A stretch of DNA of 22,985 nt from Thermodesulfovibrionales bacterium (GCA_963715195.1 CAVQRT010000001.1:1-22985), one strand, 5' to 3'; positions 8,246 through 17,653 are shown, counted from the stretch's first letter. Notes: generated by a model from the sequence alone, not told the origin. Numbers and translations: made by a program.

Positions 8246-9325
8246 GTGCCTGGTGAAGAAGAACTAAGAAGAATTGTCGCTGCCGGCACTCTTGCACCCT
8301 CAGGGGATAACTGCCAACCGTGGAAGCTGTATTTTGACGGCGCGCAATTGCACCTCATCAATCTGCCTGAACGTGATACCTCCCTCTATAATGTCAATGA
8401 CATAGCATCCTTTATAGCCTTTGGCGCAATGCTGGAAAACATGAGCATTGCCGCACAGAGTCTCGGCTACATACCTTCTGTCTCACTGTTTCCAAAGGGC
8501 ATGAAGATACCTTTGGTAGCAAGCATTCAGTTTGCCAAGGGACAGACGCTGGATGATCCGCTTCTCCCTTATATGCCGCAACGATGCGTAAACAGAAAAC
8601 CGTACAAGCGAAAGCAATTAACGAAAGCTGATATCGATGCATTATACAGGACAGTTGGTGAACGGAAAGAAGCCAGACTGTGTCTTATAGACAAGCAGAG
8701 CGAGAAAAACCTTCTGGCAAAGGTCCTCGCCATGAATGACAGAATCGTTTTTGAAAATGAAAATTTGCATAATTTCCTTTTCACCCACATTAGGTGGTCG
8801 AAGGACGAAAGAGAGACAAGCAGGGACGGATTAAGCATAGACTCGCTTGAATTGGGCGCATTCCAGTCCAGAATTATGAAAGTCCTTTCATCATGGAAAC
8901 TTGTTCAATTGCTGAACAGGTTTGGGTTCAGCAGGTTTGTGCCACAGCAGGCCTATCAATTGTGTAAGGGAGCATCTGCTCTGTGCATTCTCTCATATGC
9001 GGGAACAGGGCTGGACAGTTACCTGAACGGCGGGAGGGTGCTTCAGAGGATCTGGCTGACAGCAACTTCATTGGGTCTGTCGCTCCACCCCATGACAGGC
9101 CTCATATACCTGATATATGCCGTCCACAGTGGCGGCAAAGGCTTAAATGACAATCATAAGCGAGTGCTTCTTACGTCATTTGATGCCCTGAAGAAACTTT
9201 GCCCGTTAGGGGCAAATGAATCGTATATCATGGCTTTTCGTATCGGTTACGCAGACCCTCCTTCTGACAAGTCCCTTCGGTTGCCGTTGGAAAAGGTGCT
9301 CGTGTTCGGGCCTTCGCCATATTAA
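8246..9325 (+). CDS. Nitroreductase-superfamily flavoprotein (Acg/TyzC-like, duplicated fold); putative dehydrogenase/oxidase
   Basis: AGTLAPSGDNCQPW, FGAMLENMSIAA, RCVNRKPY, GGRVLQRIWLTATSLGLSLHPM, FRIGYADPPSDKSLRLPL; 7 bp downstream of acyltransferase 2. Confidence 0.88.
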   Translation: MPGEEELRRIVAAGTLAPSGDNCQPWKLYFDGAQLHLINLPERDTSLYNVNDIASFIAFGAMLENMSIAAQSLGYIPSVSLFPKGMKIPLVASIQFAKGQTLDDPLLPYMPQRCVNRKPYKRKQLTKADIDALYRTVGERKEARLCLIDKQSEKNLLAKVLAMNDRIVFENENLHNFLFTHIRWSKDERETSRDGLSIDSLELGAFQSRIMKVLSSWKLVQLLNRFGFSRFVPQQAYQLCKGASALCILSYAGTGLDSYLNGGRVLQRIWLTATSLGLSLHPMTGLIYLIYAVHSGGKGLNDNHKRVLLTSFDALKKLCPLGANESYIMAFRIGYADPPSDKSLRLPLEKVLVFGPSPY

Positions 9326-9408
9326 GAGATCCTCACAAATAATCAATTCCCTGAAAAGTGTGATACTATGAGAGTATGAGGAACATGAGCAGCAACATAT
9401 TGTTAAGT

Positions 9409-9583
9409 AATCTCCCCTCACCCCTCTTTATGAAAGAGGGGATTATCTTGCATTGATTTTTGATGGGATTATATCAATCCATATCTTTTTTAGAGGGAGT
9501 TACACACTCCTGCACCCCTCTCAAGAGGGGGGGAAAGATTCCTGCCCTCTGAAAAGACGGCAGGCAAGCAAGCCGGAATGACA
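9409..9583. repeat. Cluster of palindromic repeats of both families
   Basis: AATCTCCCCTCACCCCTCTTTATGAAAGAGGGG; CCCCTCTCAAGAGGGG; GAAAGATTCC[TGCC...GGCA insert]CAAGCCGGAATGACA. Confidence 0.7.
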
Positions 9584-9642
9584 TCATAGATGCCTATCAG
9601 CTTTCATGCTGTGAATTTCGTTCATTGGTCGTCGATTTAAAA

Positions 9643-10395
9643 ATGAATCCAGACAGCAATTATATCGATAAACTAACCAGGCTTTCAGATTTTTTGGAAA
9701 AACAGGTTGACCTCGATGCATGCCTTCGCGAACTCTCTGCAAAAGCTGCAGATATCCTCAATTCTAAAAACTGTTCAATTATGCTCCTGAAGGAAAGCGA
9801 TGATGAACAGGGGCTTAAGTTAAGAGTCTTCGCGCATTGTGGAAGTCTCCCTGAAGAGGCTTTCCGTGAACGTATGAATGTGCGTGAAGGGATTTCAGGC
9901 CACGTTGTAGCAACAGGAAAGGCACTGCTGATTGAGGATATCGAAAATTCACAATTTTCTCACGCAGCCCGGCGTCATTACCCTAGCAGGTGCTTGATAT
10001 CTGCGCCGATCATCATGAATAAGAAGGTCATCGGTGTTATACATGTGAATACCCCCAAACGTAAGCATATTTATAACCTGGAAGATTTGAATCTGCTGAA
10101 TATTGTGGCCATGCTGGTGAGCAAATCAATCCAGGTCATCCAGGTGCAGAAGTTAATGCAATCTCAATACACGATTTTCGCCATGGCTGAAAGAAACAAA
10201 AAGGAATTATCCAGTATTGCTGCAACAGCCTGTCAAGACCTTGATAAGGTTGCAAAACTGTTAGCAAAGACATTTTATCGGGAAATGAGCAAGGCCGGAT
10301 TCGGCCCAGATCATATCATTGATGCAGCCTCGGAAATCATTTCACTGCTGAATGACAGTGTCGTAAGACATAAAAAACGGCGGGAACGGAGTTAA
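9643..10395 (+). CDS. Stand-alone GAF domain protein with helical C-terminal extension
   Basis: CSIMLL...EGISGHVVATGKALLIEDI...ISAPIIMNKKVIGVIHVN...YNLEDLNLLNIVA; no kinase, GGDEF or HTH output recognised. Confidence 0.85.
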   Translation: MNPDSNYIDKLTRLSDFLEKQVDLDACLRELSAKAADILNSKNCSIMLLKESDDEQGLKLRVFAHCGSLPEEAFRERMNVREGISGHVVATGKALLIEDIENSQFSHAARRHYPSRCLISAPIIMNKKVIGVIHVNTPKRKHIYNLEDLNLLNIVAMLVSKSIQVIQVQKLMQSQYTIFAMAERNKKELSSIAATACQDLDKVAKLLAKTFYREMSKAGFGPDHIIDAASEIISLLNDSVVRHKKRRERS

Positions 10396-10432
10396 AGAAG
10401 GTTTTTCTTAAATTGTTGTGTGTATGGTTTTG

Positions 10433-10503
10433 TGTCATTGCCCGACTTGATCGGGCAATCCAGGTAAAGGGAATGGATCCCCCGGTCAAGCCGGAGGATG
10501 ACG
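10433..10503. repeat. TGTCA...TGACG REP-like dimer between convergent genes
   Basis: TGTCATTGCCCGACTTGATCGGGCAATCCA ... TGGATCCCCGGTCAAGCCGGAGGATGACG. Confidence 0.8.
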
Positions 10504-10551
10504 AAATATGAGTTTAGGGATAGACTATTGGTAGACTGATTTGATTTGAGC

Positions 10552-11247
10552 TCATTTATCCCTTGTCTTCCCCACCAACCTCTCCACGAATTCCTTCGTA
10601 AACGGGCTGCCGTGTGAGGCATGGATGACCTTTGGCGATAATGAAAGTACCCTCCTGATGCTTTCTTTCAATTGGGATAAATCGTTTGCAAACAACGGCA
10701 AGTGAGGAGTTCTTTTCCGGAGAATGCCGCCCATGAGCAGATCTCCGATGATTGCTGTCCTATCAGATAAAATCACCGATACCGAACCGGCAGTGTGCCC
10801 CGGCGTGTGGATGATTCTGCCGTCTATACCAAAGTCTTTCAGATCAATATCTGTTTCGAAGGCAATATCAACCTCAAGTGCTTTATAAATGGGTTCATCC
10901 TTTCTTATAAGCAGTGACTTGAAAAGTCGGCCCGCTAACCCTATTGGCACCCCAATATAATTGATGCCCTTTTTAAGATATTCTGCATCCGCCCTGTGCA
11001 TTCCGATCGGCGCGCCCGTTAATTTTCTTAGTTCATCCGCACTGCCATAGTGGTCAATGTGGCCATGGGTAATAATTATTAAAGAGACATCCGATGGTTC
11101 GATATCATTTTCACGGAGAGCATCGAGTATCTTTTCACCATTCCCCGGGTAGCCTGTATCAACGATTACGGCTTTATTGCCTCTGATAATAAATGATTTG
11201 ACAGCGCCGAGTTTTATGGGAATGATGGAAAGCGAGGTATTTCTCAA
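10552..11247 (-). CDS. Metallo-beta-lactamase fold hydrolase
   Basis: IVDTG, THGHIDHYG (HxHxDH), HTPGHTAGS, IIGD, ASHG. Confidence 0.93.
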   Translation of the reverse strand: MRNTSLSIIPIKLGAVKSFIIRGNKAVIVDTGYPGNGEKILDALRENDIEPSDVSLIIITHGHIDHYGSADELRKLTGAPIGMHRADAEYLKKGINYIGVPIGLAGRLFKSLLIRKDEPIYKALEVDIAFETDIDLKDFGIDGRIIHTPGHTAGSVSVILSDRTAIIGDLLMGGILRKRTPHLPLFANDLSQLKESIRRVLSLSPKVIHASHGSPFTKEFVERLVGKTRDK

Positions 11248-11251
11248 TCTC

Positions 11252-11483
11252 TCAGTCAGGAGTAAACTGCTGAAGTTGTTTTGAAACAGAACTGATGACT
11301 TCCTTTATCTTCTCTATCAAAATCGAGGCATTTCGCAGCGCTCAGGGCAGCGTAATAACTTCTATTTACAGCAGATTCCCACCTGCTCTCCTTAAAAAGG
11401 AGTCTTGCATCTTCGAGCAATCTCTCAGCCTTCTCAAGTCGATACTTTGAGAGCGTCTTCTTCTCTTCTTTGTCGAGAGTCAT
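11252..11483 (-). pseudogene. HEPN domain toxin with apparent internal deletion
   Basis: N-terminus LEKAERLLEDARLL...SAVNRSYYAALSAAK is joined out of frame to a C-terminal-like helix NASILIEKIKEVISSVSKQ...TGA(11252); central region missing. Confidence 0.75.
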
Positions 11484-11791
11484 AGAAGATTATTCCCTCC
11501 TTTTTAATACTGTTGAGAAATGGGCTGCCGAGCCTCTCGTGGAATTTCAATTCCTCTTGTGAACGGATTGTAAGGGAAAAAGATATGTCCGTTGCAAGTT
11601 CATACATATAAAAAATATCAATGATCTTATTTTTCAATTCTCGCGATTTTTCATCTACAACGATCAGTACGTCGAAATCAGAATCGCCCCGGAAGTCTCC
11701 CCGAGCCCTCGACAATGGCCTCCAAGATTCTCCTGTCGGCAGACAGTTCACCGGCGATCTTCTGCAAAATATCCTTTTCTTTTTTAAACAT
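11434..11791 (-). CDS. Minimal nucleotidyltransferase (MNT) antitoxin, frameshifted at the GS motif
   Basis: ATG 11791 MFKKEKDILQKIAGELSADRRILEAI, frame change, then SRARGDFRGDSDFDVLIVV...SPFLNSIKKEGII; overlaps the HEPN start. Confidence 0.8.
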
Positions 11792-11857
11792 ACGTGAATG
11801 CTATCACACGTCATTGCGGTATTACAAGTTTGAGGGAAGGTATAGATATTGAGGTAA

Positions 11858-11911
11858 TTGACAAGACTAAAGAAAATGCCTTACAATGAAAGTAAGGAAT
11901 AGAATCCTTAC
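11858..11911 (+). promoter_or_regulatory. Sigma-70 promoter with overlapping palindromic operators for the AbrB-VapC operon
   Basis: TTGACA (11858) -18 bp- TACAAT (11882); CCTTAC-N7-GTAAGG and GTAAGGA-N6-TCCTTAC inverted repeats; SD AAGGAGG follows. Confidence 0.75.
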
Positions 11912-11923
11912 AAGGAGGTATTT

Positions 11924-12151
11924 GTGGTTACAGCTAAACTTACATCAAAAGGACAGATAACCATACCGAAGGAGGTGAGGGCCAAACTCGGCATTGCTTC
12001 CGGCGAAGATATTGTTTTTGAGGAGAAAAATGGTCTTTTTTATATTAAAAAAGGTATCAGAAAATCTCCTTTTAACAAATGGATAGGATACCTGAAAACC
12101 GCTCAGGTAAAAAAGACAGATGCAATCATTGAGGCGTTGAGAGGGAAGTGA
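11924..12151 (+). CDS. AbrB/MazE/SpoVT-family antitoxin
   Basis: AKLTSKGQITIPKEVRAKLGI; GTGA overlap with the toxin gene. Confidence 0.93.
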   Translation: MVTAKLTSKGQITIPKEVRAKLGIASGEDIVFEEKNGLFYIKKGIRKSPFNKWIGYLKTAQVKKTDAIIEALRGK

Positions 12152-12615
12152 TAACCGCAATCGATACTAACATCCTGCTTGATATTCTTATTCCTGATGA
12201 AGAGTTTATGCTGAGTTCTAAAATTTTGTTGGAGAGTTATGCAGAGAAAGGACAGCTCATCATCTGTGAAGTTGTATACGCTGAGCTTGCTTCTCAATTT
12301 CATTCCGGAAAAACACTGAAAGATTTCTTAGCAGATACCCACATCAGGTTAACGCATTCAAATGAGACATCACTTTTCCTTGCTGCTGAAAAATGGAGAG
12401 ATTATAGGGTAAAAAGGAAAGATGGTCTGCATTGTCAAACATGCGGGAAAAGCATTCCTATTAATTGTCCATCATGCAAAAATACTATTTTATTCAGACA
12501 ACATATCGTCAGCGATTTTATGATAGGAGCTCATGCATTTATAAATGCTGACCTGCTGCTCACGAGAGACCGTGGGTTTTACAAAGCGTACTTCAAAGAC
12601 CTCAAGATGGGATAA
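12148..12615 (+). CDS. vapC: PIN domain (VapC-family) toxin with zinc-ribbon insertion
   Basis: AIDTNILLD, VVYAEL, SDFMIGAHA, LLTRDRGFY; insert CQTC-X8-CPSC. Confidence 0.9.
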   Translation: MITAIDTNILLDILIPDEEFMLSSKILLESYAEKGQLIICEVVYAELASQFHSGKTLKDFLADTHIRLTHSNETSLFLAAEKWRDYRVKRKDGLHCQTCGKSIPINCPSCKNTILFRQHIVSDFMIGAHAFINADLLLTRDRGFYKAYFKDLKMG

Positions 12616-12650
12616 AAATTATTGACGCAGGGTCGGCGGCTTCGCCTGAG

Positions 12651-12863
12651 TAACCCCCTCTATCCCCCTTATCCTACGGGGGAAGTATTTTCCCCTTTTC
12701 TCGTATTTTGTTCCTCCCCTTATCTTCAGGGGAGGTATAGGAGGGGTTATCCTCTCCGCCAGTTTGGTCAAAAACAGTCTAATTGGAATCCTCGTACCCT
12801 AGGATTCTATTGTTTTTTCTGATTGTTCACTTGAATCCTTGGACCCTTGACCCCTCGAATCCT
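12651..12863. repeat. CCCCTC palindromic dimer followed by degenerate short tandem repeats
   Basis: TAACCCCCTCTATCCCCCTT...GGGGAGGTATAGGAGGGGTTA (12651-12749); TTGAATCC/TTGGACCC/TTGACCCC/TCGAATCC octamers up to 12863. Confidence 0.7.
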
Positions 12864-12871
12864 GTCTCTTT

Positions 12872-14006
12872 TCATCCTCTAAACAATATCGCCGGATCAA
12901 TTCGCCTGATTTTTCTTATGGAGATATACGCCGAGGCAAAACACATGAGGAAGGTCATGAAAAATACGATGAGATTTGTCCACCATTTGACGACCATTAC
13001 CATATCAATGGCCTCATAAAATTTGACTGAAATGAGAGTTATGATCAAGCTGATCAGATAGCTGAGAAGCGCGATGATAAAGGCCTGGGTGAAAATGATC
13101 TTATAGACATCCATATTCTCTGCACCGAGTGCTTTCAGTGTGCCGAATTCCTTTATATGCTCAGTGGTCGAATTATAGATCGTCTGCCCAACAATTAAGG
13201 TGCCCACCAGGAAACTTATTAATATCGTGATCAGAAACGCATACCCAACACCTGTTTCAAAAGTCCAATACATTCGCGTTTTCCTGCTAAATGCAGCTTT
13301 TGAATACACATCAACCCCCTGCAATTTCTCTTTCAGGCTTTCGATAACTTTGTTTACCGAATAACCTGGTAAAACCTTGGCGATGATAAAAACAGTGTTA
13401 TCTGGACCGACCCAACCGATCAAGACTTTGCGCGAGTGTGTACGATGTAAATATTATTGGTGCAGTGGTGAAGGATTTTACTTCCTCTGATATCCCTACA
13501 ATCTGTAACCTTCTCCAGAATATGTCTCTATATTCGCCAACTTTTATCTTACCCAGTCGTCTCATAGCAGATTCATCAACGATAGCAAAGTCTACCGTTC
13601 TTTACTGACTCTTGCATCGCCGATCTTCATTTTCCAGGGTCCGCCAATCCCTGTATCCGGGTTGTATCCAACGATTTCAACCTGTTCAGTTCCACCTTCT
13701 TTTTGTCTTGATATTAGCGCCCAGGTAACGATCAACTTTTCTGCCCACTGCACACCTTCAGTGGAGAGCACATGGTAATAAAGGTATTCCGGGAATCGGA
13801 TGGGAAAAGTCAAAGTTTTTACTGTTTTTTGATGTTATCCAGATATCTCCGGGTGAATGATCAATTATGGTAGATGATGTTTCCATCAGACCAAAATAGA
13901 TTCCTAGTTGTGCAAAGATAAGACTTACAGCGAATATGACGCCAATCAGGGTAATAAGGGTTCTGACTTTATCGTAGAGGAGAATTTTGAGAGCAACGTC
14001 AAACAT
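12872..14006 (-). CDS. ABC transporter permease (MacB/FtsX, DevC-like), about 3 apparent frameshifts
   Basis: Fragments 13758-14006 (KVRTLITLIGVIFAVSLIFAQLG...GDIWITS), 13592-13813, an unlisted frame (AIVDESAMRRLG...SFTTAPIIFTSY) and 12872-13423 (IKEFGTLKALGA...IRRIDPAILFRG). Confidence 0.9.
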
Positions 14007-14150
14007 TGATAAATATTATCATAGATAGCATATGTCTACAATGTGCTTTGACGATCGGAAGTACCGGTAAATATATGATGATGAGTTTTCAGCATTGTCT
14101 GAAAAGGTGGCCTTAATTCATCAAGTGAGACATGATAAAATGTAATTATT

Positions 14151-15635
14151 ATGAAAGTACTGCTTATTAATGCGAATACATTCAAGCAGCCATGGCCCGT
14201 TATCCCATTCGGGCTTTGTTGTATAGCCGCTTCGTCGAAAATGCATGGCATGAAGTAAAGGTCTTAGACCTCTGTTTTTCAAAGAGACCCTCACTGAAAT
14301 GGCGAATGTCATAAATAGAGTGGAATCCTCAGGTAGTTGGTGTGAGCATAAGAAACATCGACAATTCTGCTGGTTATAATACGCTTTTTCTTTTGGAAGG
14401 GACAAGATCAAGTATCATCAATCCGCTCAAGAAGCATGTTCCATGGCCCAATTGTTATCGGAGGGCCCTCAGTAGGAATTAATGGTGCAGATATGCTCGA
14501 ATTCTTTGATCTCAATTATGCCATCCGGGGTGATGGCGAAGCCGCTATTGTAGAATTTTTGCGAAGACTCAATGATAATCTTTCTTTGAAAGGTCTGCCG
14601 GGACTTGTTTGGAGAGAGAACGGGAGGGTTGTAGAGGACAATGAGCCTTTCCGCATTGACGATCTTGATACTTTGCCCATAGTGAATCCAGGGCGCTATA
14701 TTGATCTCAGACCATACCGGAGATTCGATTCACCACTTCAGGTGCAGACAAAGCGAGGCTGCGCTTTAAAATGTTCTTACTGTACCTATAACAGGATTGA
14801 AGGCGCATACTGCCGTCTTCGAAGCCCTAAGCGAGTTGCAGAGGAGATTCAGCTACTTGTGCGGGAGACAGGCATAAATTATATCGAGTTTACTGACAGC
14901 ACCTTCAATGTTCCTCTCAAACATGCAAAAGCCGTCCTGCGAGCCGTCATTGAACTGAAGATGGATCTCAGATTGAGGACCATGGGCCTGAACCCGGAGC
15001 AGTTGACGAAGAGCTTGCAGATTTGCTCAAAGAAGCAGGATTCCGGGATGTGGATCTGGGAGTAGAATCAGGCTGTGATATTACGCTGAAGGGCTTGGGA
15101 AAAAATTTTACGAAGAAAGATATTCTGAGGGCAGGAAAGCTATTGAATGATCGAGGCATTCCCGTGACTTGGTACCTTCTCGTCGGTGCACCAGAGGAGA
15201 CCCGTGAAACCCTGACAAGAAACGTTTGAAACGATAAATCAAGCTGCGTCGAAATGGGACCTGATTAATGTCGGGGTTGGAGTTCGAGTTTACAAAGGCG
15301 CACCGATTGCGGACGAGATGAGGATTAAAGAACCTGGCTGTGCCGACGACAACTTTCTCAAGCCAGTCCACTACAGCCCTGACGCCCTCAGCCTTGATGA
15401 AGTCAAGGTACTCACCAAGAAGATGGCCTCAAGCCATGCTAACTACTTTATGTATGATGAAGACGAGGATACGCCGCCTTTTGTACTGATGATCGGGGCT
15501 TCTCTCCTCAAGGTATTTGCTCCAAGACAGCCCATTTGGAGGCTGCATATCCTCATAAGGAAAATACAGAATTTCTTGGGGATCGGTTTCTTGAAGAGGA
15601 TACTATTCAATTACAGAAATGGCAAGGCGAATTAG
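14151..15635 (+). CDS. Cobalamin-binding radical SAM enzyme resembling lipid-biosynthesis B12/rSAM proteins; several apparent frameshifts
   Basis: ATG 14151 MKVLLINANTFKQPWPVIPFGLCCIAAS; VLDLCFS; IRNIDN; IVIGGPS...GDGE; QTKRGCALKCSYC (CxxxCxxC); FTDSTFN; LGVESG; LLVGAPEET. Confidence 0.88.
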
Positions 15636-16366
15636 CAGGAAACATATAGATTCTTGAATGGTTTGAGAAAGAAGGGCGTAGGAATTTTCAAATGTTGTTC
15701 CCGCCTATTTTCGGAGGATTTCTCGATACTCATATGGGTATGAAACTGTTTAGTAAGTCTTGCGCCATAAATGTTTGCCGACTCAAACAGGTCATTCCAC
15801 TCCTCCTGGGAAAGGGCAGCTTGTATAGACTCCTTATACCGCTGCTTCATGATTTTCGGGTAAGAAAATCCTAATATGTTTACGTCAAATTCCATAAGAA
15901 ACCTTGATAACCTTATTAAATCCCGCACTAATAGCGCCCCTTCTTTCTTTAAGACCCTTACCATTTCGGCCACCATTTCAATTGGTTTTGGGATATGATG
16001 GAGCATGTTATGACAGAAAACGGAATCAAAAGTTTCTTTTTCAAAGGGTAAATTCTTTGCGTCGCCCTTCACAAAATCGATTCTTTCACTGACACCTTCA
16101 GATTCGGCATTTAATCTTGCCACTTTGAGCATTGTATCGGACAAATCTACACCCGTGACTTTGGCAGTCGGATTGTATTTTGCAACTCCGATTGCGATCC
16201 AGCCTGTTCCTGTTCCAACATCAAGAAATGATCCATCTGATGTACTTAGGTTAAGAACGGACTCAACAAAACCAGCGTGGAGGATTAGCAGATATTTTCT
16301 GACAAGCACGTCGTAGGCAATGACTTCGTCTTCAAGAACCATCGCCTCAGGTTCAAGAATTCTCAT
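15632..16366 (-). CDS. Class I SAM-dependent methyltransferase
   Basis: RILEPEAM, FLDVGTGTG, GVDLSDTML, GDAKNLPF...FDSVFCHNMLHH, RVLKKEG; convergent with the radical SAM gene, 4-bp overlap. Confidence 0.93.
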   Translation of the reverse strand: MRILEPEAMVLEDEVIAYDVLVRKYLLILHAGFVESVLNLSTSDGSFLDVGTGTGWIAIGVAKYNPTAKVTGVDLSDTMLKVARLNAESEGVSERIDFVKGDAKNLPFEKETFDSVFCHNMLHHIPKPIEMVAEMVRVLKKEGALLVRDLIRLSRFLMEFDVNILGFSYPKIMKQRYKESIQAALSQEEWNDLFESANIYGARLTKQFHTHMSIEKSSENRREQHLKIPTPFFLKPFKNLYVSC

Positions 16367-16472
16367 GTTTAATTTTATCAAGAAAATCTTATATTGTCGA
16401 CTGCGTGTAACGTATCTAGCGTATCTCTTAACTCTCCTAGATTACGAATCGGCTTGCGGGCCTTGCGGGCTG

Positions 16473-16511
16473 AAAAAAAGGCAACGGCTTTAACTGATTC
16501 CGTTGCCTTTT
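16473..16511 (-). terminator. Intrinsic terminator of PEP-CTERM gene 1
   Basis: AAAAGGCAACGG-N12-CCGTTGCCTTTT stem with a 7-U run on the minus strand, about 30 bp after the stop at 16540. Confidence 0.85.
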
Positions 16512-16539
16512 AACAAGTTGATGAAAGTTTTAGTTTATC

Positions 16540-17551
16540 TTACGTCCTTTTGCGGCGCGAGACTACCGCTAAACCTAACAAACCAGCTCCGAGCAAAAGT
16601 AGGGTACCCGGTTCAGCAGCCTCGGCGACAACTTCTGTTTCTTCATTCATGGTGAGCGTCACAGTGTATCTACCTGCGGCCAATAAGTCAGTTATCACCT
16701 CAAAGTAATTATTAACCAAAACGGCTGGGTCTAAATCACCTACGACTGCAGATCCCAATTGAGTCGGGTCGTAGATTTCCTGGCCTTCTTCAGCGAACAC
16801 CGTTTGGCCTAAGTTGAGAGAAAATGGATCAAAATTTTCGGTGCCACCCTCAATAGTCCCAACAGTACCATCAGGAGCCCACTCGAGAACTTCAGCACCG
16901 GCAGCATTAGTAATAGTTAGTGACGCCGTAAGACCCCCGTAGCGACGCTAAGCCCACCAACCTGATAACCACCAATAGCAGTGATGATTGCCTCAATATA
17001 TGGAGCAGCATATCCTCCGAACTGAATTGACCCTGGAGCGGTCAGATCTACCTCAAATGTCACAGCCGTTACCGATCTGTTGCTTCCCACGGCACCTGCT
17101 GTCGTTGTTGGCGGCGCTGTTACGTTGGATTCAGCTTTGTTGACCGCCTGGATGCGGATTGAGTTAGTCGGGATAAGTTCTGACGTGAAATCATCCACGC
17201 CTTACTGACAGAATAATTTGTGTCGTCCAAGCCTAGCACGTCCAAATCAGTCGCAGAAGAAGGTTGCGGCGTTCCCTCGGGCTGCCATAATCGCGGTCAA
17301 TGGGGGGATGGCATTTGTGGGCCCAATCGAACCGTAGAGCCGGCTCCGTTTATTGTGGCACTAGCTTTTTCGGTATAAGCGGGTAATGTGATGGTCGGAT
17401 ATATCTGGTCACCATCGGCATTATAGAACGTGAACAAAGCGTCGTAAATATTGTTCCAAGAGACGGCATAGGAAATTACGTCAGCACGTGCTATTGCGGC
17501 AAGCCCCAAGACAAGTATTGAAACCATGAACAATAACAACATCTTTTTCAT
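16540..17551 (-). CDS. PEP-CTERM sorting domain protein 1 (AEP variant), frameshifted
   Basis: SD AAAGGAGGT; signal peptide MKKMLLLFMVSILVLGLAAIARA; Thr/Ala/Gly-rich fragments; C-terminus AEPGTLLLLGAGLLGLAVVSRRKRT. Confidence 0.88.
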
Positions 17552-17653
17552 TTCTTTCACCTCCTTTCCCTTTAAATTTACTTTTGTTTGTTCTTTTTTC
17601 CATCTATAACACCTCCTTTACGGTCTAATTATCTTTTGGATTTAACCCCTCTT

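Noticed and set aside
6560..9325. RiPP (TOMM or microcin C-like) cluster from ThiF plus flavoprotein
   Set aside because: No YcaO, RRE or convincing precursor; adjacent N-acyltransferases fit an oxazolone pathway better.
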